From an uncultured delta proteobacterium (lineage in GTDB: Bacteria; Desulfobacterota; Binatia; Binatales; Binataceae), in assembly GCA_963794325.1 (NCBI GenBank), contig CAWCDG010000004.1:416001-480000 (forward strand): DNA of 64,000 nucleotides, read 5' to 3'. The notes below the pieces were generated by a model that was not told the origin of the DNA, searched no databases, and saw nothing but the letters and a program-made list of their open reading frames with translations. Below, piece after piece: positions 11,768 to 19,208 of this stretch (position 1 is the stretch's first letter; each line of letters opens with the position of its first letter). Both the position numbers and the translations under genes were made by a program.

Positions 11768-11844
11768 AGCGGGGTGGAGCAGTCTGGTAGCTCGCCGGGC
11801 TCATAACCCGGAGGTCGAAGGTTCAAATCCTTCCCCCGCAACCA
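11768..11844 (+). tRNA. tRNA-Met(CAT), initiator type
   Basis: 77-nt cloverleaf, CAT anticodon, three consecutive G-C pairs in the anticodon stem (ccGGG ctcataa CCCgg), 1:72 mismatch (A x A) and encoded CCA. Confidence 0.95.
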
Positions 11845-11849
11845 ATCAG

Positions 11850-11951
11850 CCTTGTTCTTCAGTTCTCGCTCACGAAGAACGTTTCCTCATAACCGCATAT
11901 CCCACCGGCGCCATCAAAGCGGGAGTTCGAATATGGACAAAATCAAAGTGA
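11850..11951 (+). pseudogene. C-terminal remnant of a small toxin-like gene that overlaps the start of the DUF2283-like gene
   Basis: Reads ...FLITAYPTGAIKAGVRIWTKSK*, the kind of C-terminus seen in genes preceding DUF2283 proteins. There is no 5' part because the tRNA abuts it. Confidence 0.45.
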
Positions 11952-12151
11952 TTCACGACGCTGTCGGGCGTACGCTGACAGTTTGGTTCGATGAGCATTC
12001 GAAAGAAAGTATCTGCGAAGAAACCACTGATGAAGTGGTATTGGTGAAGAACGCCGAGCGCCAAATCATCGGCTTTGAACTACTGCACTATCATCCTGCC
12101 GCGGATAACGCGTCCGTCGCGGTCGAAGCCATCGTGCGCCTCGAGCCCTAG
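11933..12151 (+). CDS. DUF2283-like small protein (putative antitoxin)
   Basis: MDKIKVIHDAVGRTLTVWF...EETTDEVVLVKNAERQIIGFELL pattern. Confidence 0.7.
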   Translation: MDKIKVIHDAVGRTLTVWFDEHSKESICEETTDEVVLVKNAERQIIGFELLHYHPAADNASVAVEAIVRLEP

Positions 12152-12269
12152 ACAAATCCCTTAAGAATACTGAGCTATCGATAGATTCCGACTCCCGGAT
12201 CCATCCTCGCTTTGAGCGTACTCGATCTGCTACCATAAGTAGTACCAGCGGTAAGAATTTTGGTGAGAT

Positions 12270-12494
12270 ATGAGTGCAGCAAAACTTTCGGTATCGCTTC
12301 CTGACTCGCTCGCGGGATTCGTCGAGAACTACCGCAAAACGCGTGGTCTGAAGAGTCGATCCCAAGTCTTCGAGGAAGCAATCAAGCTCCTTCGCAACCG
12401 GGAATTGGAAGCTGCGTACCGCGCGGCCAACTCGGAAATCGAGGACGTCTGGGATAGCGCGGTTTCGGATGGACTGTCCGATGAGACGTGGTGA
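12270..12494 (+). CDS. Ribbon-helix-helix antitoxin (CopG/MazE-like)
   Basis: KLSVSLP...SRSQVFEEAIKLLR..ELEAAY..A, with acidic WD...DGL tail; overlaps mazF. Confidence 0.88.
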   Translation: MSAAKLSVSLPDSLAGFVENYRKTRGLKSRSQVFEEAIKLLRNRELEAAYRAANSEIEDVWDSAVSDGLSDETW

Positions 12495-12816
12495 AATTTA
12501 TTTCGCTGATCTGAGTCCCATTATCGGCGCTGAGATCGGTAAACGGCGACCGGTGCTAATCGTCAGCAACGAAGCGAATAATCAAGCGGCCAACACCGTC
12601 ACCGTCCTGCCGATCACGTCTAACACCAGCAGGATCTATCCCTTTGAGATCTCACTGTCTTCCAAGGACAGCGGCCTGCCCAGATCATCGAAAGCTCTCG
12701 CGCAACAAATCCGCACTATCTCAAAGGAACGCATTCTAGGCAGAGCTCTGGGTTCCCTAAATGCCGTTCTGATGCGGAAAGTGGCGGACGCGATGCGTCT
12801 TCATCTCGATCTCTAA
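12481..12816 (+). CDS. mazF: PemK/MazF-family toxin endoribonuclease
   Basis: RRGEIYFADL.P..G.E..K.RPVLIVSN, VLPITS and SKALAQQIRTISKERI motifs. Confidence 0.92.
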   Translation: MRRGEIYFADLSPIIGAEIGKRRPVLIVSNEANNQAANTVTVLPITSNTSRIYPFEISLSSKDSGLPRSSKALAQQIRTISKERILGRALGSLNAVLMRKVADAMRLHLDL

Positions 12817-12830
12817 ACTACAAAACAAGG

Positions 12831-13490
12831 TCAAATCTGCTTGCCCCACGTGTCGAGATACGCGAGCTGCTCGACTGGGCGACGGATCAGTGGGCCGTGG
12901 CCGCGGCCGACTGGATATCCAATCGGAATCGCGGCGGCGGTGTACCACGGATCGGGTATCGCCAGCAGCTTGCGGACTTCGGGCTCGCATTCGCATAGCA
13001 GCGTCGTCAGCACACAGCCGAGGCCTTCGGCGCGGCATGCGAGCAGCAGGTTCTCGACCGCGGGGTAAACCGATCCGCCGCCGACCACTGAGACGCGTTC
13101 CTGCTTGGCGTCCGTGATCGCCATATTTTTCGGATTAAAGCAGAACACGGCGACCACCGGCGTCTCACCGAAATGCGCGCCGAGGTAGTCGCCCGCCGCC
13201 AGCGTCCGTTCGGCCCGCGCGCGAACTTCGGCCGGCGCGCTGGCCGGAATCGCGCCGCGGTATTGCTTCGAGTACGCGACCCATCGCTCGTTGTAGAGCT
13301 TTCCGAGCGGCTCCTTGAGCGCACGATCTTTCACGGCGACTATCCGCCATGGCTGGACGTTGCCGCCGGTTGGCGCCCAGGTTGCCGCTTCGAGCACGCG
13401 ATGCAGCACGTCGTCGGGTATCGGGTCGGGCCGCAACCGCCTGACGGCGCGCAGCGTGCGCATCGTTTCGTAGATTCCCATTTCCGGCAT
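12831..13490 (-). CDS. Nitroreductase family protein
   Basis: TLRAVRRLRPDPIPDD, APTGGNVQPW, SVYPAVENLLLACRAEGLG and IPIGYP motifs. Confidence 0.9.
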   Translation of the reverse strand: MPEMGIYETMRTLRAVRRLRPDPIPDDVLHRVLEAATWAPTGGNVQPWRIVAVKDRALKEPLGKLYNERWVAYSKQYRGAIPASAPAEVRARAERTLAAGDYLGAHFGETPVVAVFCFNPKNMAITDAKQERVSVVGGGSVYPAVENLLLACRAEGLGCVLTTLLCECEPEVRKLLAIPDPWYTAAAIPIGYPVGRGHGPLIRRPVEQLAYLDTWGKQI

Positions 13491-13519
13491 TTTCGTTTTC
13501 TCCTTTCGTGCGCGCGCGT

Positions 13520-14392
13520 TCATCCCGCGCCGAGGTGAGAGTGCACCACTCCGATGGCCGCCAAAGCAAACAGCGCGACGTCCATCGACGCATGCGCAAT
13601 AATCGACGCCTCGAGACCGCGCCGCAAATACAAGCGCCCGAACACCACTCCCTCCCACGTCTGCGGCATCACGAGTGCGCCGAGTAGAAATTTCGGCGTG
13701 CTATGGAACATCGTCCCGGCCAGCGGCGCCAGATGAATCAAGCCGAACAGATAACCTTGCACGAGCGTCACAATCCACAGCGCGCGGGGTCCCGGATGGC
13801 CCCGCGAGTCGCGCGACATCAGTCTCGCTAACCATCCAAGGATGGCGTAGAGCACAAATCGAAACTCGATTTCCTCGCTGACCGCGGCCGCGATTGCAAC
13901 CAACGCTCCGACGAATGCGATCCGGCCCGGCGCAACCGTCAGCATCGGCGTGTTCGGCAACTTGAAGCCCGCGCTTCGGTGACTAATCAGCAGGAGCGGC
14001 ACGATCAGAATCGCCAGCACACTCGCGCCCGCGACCGCCGCCAGGAATGCGTAGCCAATTGAAACGCGGAGCAAGCTTCGAATCGAGAAATGTAATTTTT
14101 CTCCCGCGCACTTTGCCGCGATCAACGGCGCGCCGGGCAGTCCGAGCTCGAGGCTGAGTCGAACCGACAACGGCATCAGCGCCGCGCATATCATCGTGAA
14201 CCCGAGGAACGGCAGCGCGTGCACGAGTTCCGATCGGTCGAGCGATTTTAATGCGAACGCGAGCGGGTACTCGACGATCGCGCCGGCTATCGCCAGCCCC
14301 GCCAGCAACATCGACTCGCGCCGCCTCGCCGCGGCAGACATCACCGGCGGAACCCACGACGGGTCCGGGCTAACTGCCGCCGGCTCGCTCAC
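13520..14392 (-). CDS. CPBP (CAAX/Abi) family intramembrane protease
   Basis: EEIEFR, FGLIH and GLEASIIAH motifs with multiple TM segments. The GTG start overlaps the upstream stop. Confidence 0.8.
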   Translation of the reverse strand: MSEPAAVSPDPSWVPPVMSAAARRRESMLLAGLAIAGAIVEYPLAFALKSLDRSELVHALPFLGFTMICAALMPLSVRLSLELGLPGAPLIAAKCAGEKLHFSIRSLLRVSIGYAFLAAVAGASVLAILIVPLLLISHRSAGFKLPNTPMLTVAPGRIAFVGALVAIAAAVSEEIEFRFVLYAILGWLARLMSRDSRGHPGPRALWIVTLVQGYLFGLIHLAPLAGTMFHSTPKFLLGALVMPQTWEGVVFGRLYLRRGLEASIIAHASMDVALFALAAIGVVHSHLGAG

Positions 14393-15215
14393 TTGATCGT
14401 CGGGATAAATTCGGGGACGTCCTTCGACGGCTTCATCTTCCACTTGGGCTTGCGCTTCTCGACGAACGCGCTGACGCCCTCGTACGCGTCGGGCTGCTTG
14501 CCCGCCCAGACGAACGCGCGAGTATCTTCTTTCTGCGCTTTCTCCGCCTCCGGTTCCGCGAGCAGGCTGTAGATAAGTCGTTTGGTTATCGCGACCGACA
14601 CCGGCGCGGTATTCTGCGCGATGTCGAGCGCCATCTCGCGCACCTTCGGCATGAACTCCGCGTCGGGCCATACGTGGCTCACGATTCCGAACTCGAGCGC
14701 CTCCCGCGCGCTGATTATCCGCCCGGTCATCAGCAGCTCGTTGGCCTTTGCGACGCCGATCATTCGCGGGACGGTCCACAGGCTGAGCGCCTCCGGCACG
14801 ACGCCGCGACGCACGAAAACGAATCCGATCCGCGCACTCTCGGCGGCGACGCGGATGTCCCACTGCATCGGCAGCGTGATTCCCATCCCGACCGCCGGCC
14901 CGTTGATTGCCGCGATGATCGGCTTGCGGACGTTCCATGGCCGGATCGCCGGCGCCGGACGATTCGCGACGCTCCGCTGCGCGCGTCGGCGTCGAAGGTG
15001 TTGCCGCCGCTCGACAGGTCAGCGCCCGCACTGAACGCGCGCCCGGCACCGGTGACGACGATCACGCGCACGTCGTCGTCCTTGTCGTACTCGGCGAACG
15101 ATGCGTACAGATCGGCGGCCATCGTGCCCGTGAACGCATTCAGTTTCTCGGGACGATTGAGCGTAACAGTCGCGACGCCGTCTTTGACTTCCTTCAATAT
15201 ATGTTCACTGGCCAT
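14389..15215 (-). CDS. Enoyl-CoA hydratase/isomerase (crotonase) with an apparent frameshift near 14966
   Basis: The N-terminal frame has TLNRPEKLNA and VTGAGRAFSAGADL. The C-terminal frame has KPIIAAINGPAVGMG, DIRVAAE and EGVSAFVEKRKP. Confidence 0.85.
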
Positions 15216-15254
15216 CTAAGTTGCTCCTTATGGAGAAGGCTAAGTTGATTCTCG

Positions 15255-15315
15255 CTCTTATTACTGGGTGCGGGGGTCGCCCCTGCCGCGGGCGCGGGGC
15301 GCGAAGCCCCGCATA
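15255..15315 (+). repeat. Dispersed tandem-hairpin repeat, family B (divergent copy)
   Basis: ctcttattactgggtgcgggggtcgcccctgcc then hairpin gcggggc-gcgaa-gccccgc; matches the copies at 34036, 54408 and 57753. Confidence 0.75.
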
Positions 15316-15325
15316 CAAATTCTCC

Positions 15326-16138
15326 CTACTTCTTCGCATCCACATTTAGCGCGTCGGCGAATGCCATCATCTGCGTGATCTGTTCCCGGACCAGTTCGGG
15401 ATTGTTACCTGCAGCCTTGTCCAGGTCGCCGATCTCTTCCGGGACGTACCAATGGAGCTTGTCGGAGTTGTAGGCCTCCCAGACGATCTTCGCGACTTCG
15501 ATCGGATGGATCAGGCGGAACATTCCTTCCTTCGGCGCGCGCTCGGCGGTTCCCGGCGGCAGAATCGCGGTGTCGATCAGGCCCGGCAACGTGTCGGCGG
15601 CGCGCACGCCGTAGCGGCGGAACTCGATCGACAGCGCCTCGGTCAATCCCTTCACCGCATGCTTGGTGGCGGAGTACACGGCGATTCCCGGCATCCCGTA
15701 AGTAGCGGACGAGGAGGACGTGGTGAAACAGAGTGAGTTCGGCGTCGCCTTGAGCAGGCCAATCGCGGAATGAATTCCGTTGAGCACGCCGATAAAGTTC
15801 ACGCGCACGACGCGCAGGATGTCCTCGAACGGCTGCTCATCGAAGAAGCCGCCGACGCCGATGCCGGCGTTGTTATACAGGATATCCATCTTGCCGCCGG
15901 TCGCCGCGCCGAACTCCGCGAGCGCCTTTTCGTAGTCGGGCTTGTCGGTGACATCGAGCCGCCGCACGATGCAGTTGTCGGCGCCCAGTTCCTTTTCGAG
16001 CGCGCGCAGGCCGTCGGCGTTGACGTCGTAGCCGCCGATGAACCATCCCTTGTCGCGGAACAGGCGCGCAGTCTCGCGGCCCATCCCGGACGCAGCGCCG
16101 GTGATAAAGATCGATTTGCGGCCGTTGGCAGTTCCCAT
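15326..16138 (-). CDS. Short-chain dehydrogenase/reductase
   Basis: TGAASGMG, NNAGI and YSATK motifs; SD ggag before the ATG. Confidence 0.92.
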   Translation of the reverse strand: MGTANGRKSIFITGAASGMGRETARLFRDKGWFIGGYDVNADGLRALEKELGADNCIVRRLDVTDKPDYEKALAEFGAATGGKMDILYNNAGIGVGGFFDEQPFEDILRVVRVNFIGVLNGIHSAIGLLKATPNSLCFTTSSSSATYGMPGIAVYSATKHAVKGLTEALSIEFRRYGVRAADTLPGLIDTAILPPGTAERAPKEGMFRLIHPIEVAKIVWEAYNSDKLHWYVPEEIGDLDKAAGNNPELVREQITQMMAFADALNVDAKK

Positions 16139-16250
16139 AGAATTCTCCCGTGTCGTTACTTCGGATCGAACATAGTCGAAACGCCAAGCCGCTGGCGAAT
16201 GGTCGCGCGGGAACCCAATCGCCTGCGCGGCGGGCGGCGTCGACACCGTC

Positions 16251-16283
16251 GCGGGGGGGGGACCCCTGCACCCAGTGAGAAAG
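16251..16283 (-). repeat. Family B repeat, partial copy
   Basis: Reverse complement reads ctttctcactgggtgcaggggtccccc. Confidence 0.6.
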
Positions 16284-16336
16284 TGAAAAACGCAAAGTTG
16301 CGCGCGGCGCGCTACTTTGCTCTCAGGGGCGATGAG

Positions 16337-16588
16337 ATGGAGTGCTTCGTTTACGTGCTCGGTAGCTGCGGCCACGACGGATATCGAACCTACGTCGGAT
16401 GGACCAACGACCTGGATCGACGCATCGCGCGTCACAACGCCGGCACAGGCGCCCGGTCAACCCGCGGCCGCGTCTGGTTCCTGTTGTACGCGGAGCGCCA
16501 CGACTCGCGCGAGGCGGCGATGAGTCGCGAGTGGCACCTGAAGAGGAATCGCGCGTTCCGAAAAAGTCTAACCGACCGCGAATTGTGA
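16337..16588 (+). CDS. Stand-alone GIY-YIG nuclease (UPF0213-like, 83 aa)
   Basis: FVYVL...TYVGWTNDLDRRIARHNAG.GARSTRGR.W.L.Y.E....R..AM.RE..LK pattern. Confidence 0.9.
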   Translation: MECFVYVLGSCGHDGYRTYVGWTNDLDRRIARHNAGTGARSTRGRVWFLLYAERHDSREAAMSREWHLKRNRAFRKSLTDREL

Positions 16589-16595
16589 TTGAGGG

Positions 16596-16671
16596 CCTGT
16601 CTGGCAGGAGCCGAATCTTGAATCGCGCCCTGCATAGGACCCTCACCTTCATACTCTCTCTTACAAGGGAG
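16596..16671 (+). repeat. Dispersed repeat, family C (CCCTCACC-headed hairpin type)
   Basis: gaatcttgaatcgc..gccctgca..ggaccctcaccttcat is shared with the reverse complement of 51071..51163. Confidence 0.75.
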
Positions 16672-16708
16672 CTTTGCGTAAACAACGCCGGCCGCAGGAG
16701 CGTCCGTC

Positions 16709-16796
16709 GAGATTCTTCGCTACAGCAGCTTTCGCTCAGAATGACGCAAGGAGGCGTCCTGTTCTTTGTGTCATCCTGAGCGTAGCGAAGGAACTC
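16709..16796. repeat. Inverted pair of family D palindromes (GTCATCCTGAGCGTAGCGAAGGA type)
   Basis: gagattcttcgctac...cgctcagaatgac faces gtcatcctgagcgtagcgaaggaactc. A third copy lies at 57588. Confidence 0.8.
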
Positions 16797-16836
16797 GCGC
16801 GCTAGCGCGTCTCACCGCAGCACCAACATATGACCT

Positions 16837-17319
16837 CTACTTCCTGAAATCGATTGGCTGCGGGCAGGCGGAGCCGCCGGCGTTGTAGCCGTAGACCATT
16901 TCGCCGCCCAGGTCTGCGCCTGATGCGATTAGTGCCATGACTGCTACCAGGCCGACTAGGAAGACGTAGCGGAATCGCGTTGGCATCGGGCGCGATGCTA
17001 GCGCCCAGATTGTTAGGGCGCCGGTTAGTATCGACGCTGCTACCATCAGGTGCTTGTGATGACTTAGTAGTTCGTGGCGGACTGACTGTGACACCATCAG
17101 GCCGGGGGCGGCGTAGAAGCCACTGGCTAGTGCTACTGCCGCGCTTATTGCGCCTAGCAGCAGCATCCACAGCGCGGTCCACTGCAATCGCTCGCTCGCG
17201 CTGATCCATGCGAGGAAATACAGCAGCGTCGCGCCGTAGATGAACGCGATCGGGAAATGCACTATCAGAGGATGGTAATTCTGTAGCTGCGACGCGCCCG
17301 GCAGGATGCGCTCTAGCAC
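16837..17319 (-). CDS. DUF2231-like membrane protein
   Basis: HPLIVHFPIA, four TM segments and GADLGGEMVYGY. Confidence 0.8.
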   Translation of the reverse strand: MLERILPGASQLQNYHPLIVHFPIAFIYGATLLYFLAWISASERLQWTALWMLLLGAISAAVALASGFYAAPGLMVSQSVRHELLSHHKHLMVAASILTGALTIWALASRPMPTRFRYVFLVGLVAVMALIASGADLGGEMVYGYNAGGSACPQPIDFRK

Positions 17320-17346
17320 GCTGGTTCCTTGCGCGATGCTGCTACG

Positions 17347-17709
17347 CTACTTCACTGACTCGACGACCAGGTAATCGGTGCCGTTCTTGGTGTATTCCTT
17401 GCCGGTCACGGTTACCTCGTCTTCCATGTGCTGGATAACATCTTGCGGCAGCGGCGACGCATCCTTGTTGGGCAGCAGGATGTAGGACTTATCGGTGCCC
17501 TTTTCGATTAGCGTCACCGGAATTCCCGCGGACGCACACTTGATTGCGCACTGTTTGTGGCCAGCGCCCTTTGCGCCCATCGTGCCGTAGCAGTACGAGT
17601 CTTCGAGATTGCCGGTGACAGATTTCGAGCTGGTGTCGGCGGCGAGTGCCATGCCAGTGAGTCCGATTGCTATGATTAGTCCTAGTCCGAAATTAGCGAG
17701 ACGTTTCAC
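17347..17709 (-). CDS. Secreted hypothetical protein with D..C....H..C...C motif
   Basis: SD ggaggtg, signal peptide ending ALA-A, DSYCYGTMGAKGAGHKQCAIKC and a beta-rich C-terminus (VTVTGK). Confidence 0.8.
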   Translation of the reverse strand: MKRLANFGLGLIIAIGLTGMALAADTSSKSVTGNLEDSYCYGTMGAKGAGHKQCAIKCASAGIPVTLIEKGTDKSYILLPNKDASPLPQDVIQHMEDEVTVTGKEYTKNGTDYLVVESVK

Positions 17710-17743
17710 GATTCACCTCCAGAGAAGCGAGCGAAGATTGAGC

Positions 17744-17782
17744 AACCTAACCCCTGACCCCTTCCCATAGTGGGAAGGGGAA
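17744..17782 (+). repeat. Dispersed repeat, family A (AACCTAACCCCT.ACCCCTTCCC-n-GGGAAGGGG)
   Basis: Near-identical copies at 50669(-), 56241(-) and 63543(+). Confidence 0.88.
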
Positions 17783-17796
17783 CTAGAGGGAGAGGG

Positions 17797-17997
17797 TTAG
17801 TGCGAGGTCATATGGAGCATGCAATGCGCGCCCATGCCGTGGCTGCCGCCGCTGCAGCAGGAGGCGCTCGGGCAGCAGCCCTGCTTTTTCACGCAGCATT
17901 CAGGCGTATCAGACGCGCGCGTGCCGCTCGCGGCGTTCATTGCGAACGGCGTGACCATCACGGTCGCGAGAATTGCCATCCATGCGAGTTTTCTCAT
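17797..17997 (-). CDS. Small secreted Cys/His/Met-rich peptide
   Basis: SD ggaggg, signal-peptide-like N-terminus and CC-x5-CC-x4-CC...H.M..HCM.HM..H. Confidence 0.7.
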   Translation of the reverse strand: MRKLAWMAILATVMVTPFAMNAASGTRASDTPECCVKKQGCCPSASCCSGGSHGMGAHCMLHMTSH

Positions 17998-18022
17998 GAT
18001 GAAGTTCCCTCCGGGTTGACGT

Positions 18023-18991
18023 TTAGCGTCGATAAGAACGTGCTTCGACGGTCGAGCCGACGTCGCCGCCGCCGAATATCTCGCGCCATCCCTTGCGCCG
18101 GCGGCCGCCGGGCAATCGCGCGCCCATCCGCTGCAAGTGCGTCTCGAGAATCTGCTTGAGTTCCTCGTTAAGCCGCTCTATCTCGACTTCTTCGGGCATC
18201 CGGGGCCGCGCCTGACCTTCGGTGATGTTGCCGCGCCGGCGCCCGTAGAGCTGTTGCAACCGCAGCTCCGCCTTCGCGAACATCGCTTTGTACTTGTAGT
18301 CGAGCCTGCTGAGCGCATCGGTCATCGCGGCCAACTCGACGAACCTGCGCCGCATCCGCCACCATTCGAACATCGTCAGGAGCATCACGCCGAACATGAT
18401 CGCCGCAAAGATGCCGAGGCTGACCGCGGTCGCCTTCCACCATGGCAGAATCTTCACCGAACTTTGCAAATCCTGGTTTTCGCCGGTCAGCTCCTGAACC
18501 TGCGTCTGGAGCGTTTTGACCTGCTCCTGCGCAGAATCGGACTTCTGCTCCGCCGCCTGCTGCTGCGCGCTCAGCGTCTCGACCTGCGACCTGAGGTTGG
18601 AAACCTCGGTGGTGAAGGGATGCGGAATCTTCAGCACCTCGTCAACCTGCAGCTCGTCATCAACATGCATCCGGTTGGCGTGGGCAATCTCGTCGGGCGT
18701 GACACCGAACATCTGGGCAATGTTGCCGACCGTATCGCCGGAGCGCACCGTGTACGGAATGACGTTGGCGGGCTTGACTGGCTTGGGCGCCGATTCGTCC
18801 GCGGGCTCTGCCGTAGCGTCGGACGGGTCAGTCGCGGTGGACGGGCGCACCACTCGTGAGGGCGGCGACGACGGCGGTATCGTGCTCTCGTTGATGCCGT
18901 CCTGTGCGAACGCAAGCCCGTATCCGGCAACGATAAACGTCACCACGAGGGCAAGTCTGGAAAAAGTTGACCTGTACCGTCGGGCGCTCAT
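18023..18991 (-). CDS. LysM peptidoglycan-binding protein with coiled coil and a transmembrane helix
   Basis: Signal peptide, YTVRSGDTVGNIAQMFGV..DEIA.AN......L.V..VLKIP, Q/E-rich coil and TM. Confidence 0.85.
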   Translation of the reverse strand: MSARRYRSTFSRLALVVTFIVAGYGLAFAQDGINESTIPPSSPPSRVVRPSTATDPSDATAEPADESAPKPVKPANVIPYTVRSGDTVGNIAQMFGVTPDEIAHANRMHVDDELQVDEVLKIPHPFTTEVSNLRSQVETLSAQQQAAEQKSDSAQEQVKTLQTQVQELTGENQDLQSSVKILPWWKATAVSLGIFAAIMFGVMLLTMFEWWRMRRRFVELAAMTDALSRLDYKYKAMFAKAELRLQQLYGRRRGNITEGQARPRMPEEVEIERLNEELKQILETHLQRMGARLPGGRRRKGWREIFGGGDVGSTVEARSYRR

Positions 18992-19084
18992 GATTGAACC
19001 CTTCGCCTGCGAACTGCTTCCAGTATCTATCAGATTCCGGTCACGGTCTAGGATGTAGCAACCATGCTATGTTGCTCTGGTTTC

Positions 19085-19208
19085 AGTGGGGCGGGCCGCC
19101 GTGCCCGCCTCTCCCTCATGGTTGAAGTTCTTTAGAAATAAGTTGAGTCATTCGTCGGTAAGCGTGGACGCGGACGCGTCGATGGCGGGCACGGCGGCCC
19201 GCCCCACT
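19085..19208. repeat. REPIN-like doublet: perfect 25-bp inverted repeats with a GTGG head
   Basis: agtggggcgggccgccgtgcccgcc (19085-19109) and its exact reverse complement (19184-19208); each arm is itself a hairpin. Confidence 0.85.

Noticed and set aside
11768-12830. Intact prophage or integrative element at tRNA-fMet (or at tRNA-Val, 35656)
   Set aside because: No integrase, phage genes or duplicated tRNA 3' end were found. tRNA-Val is followed directly by thrS.
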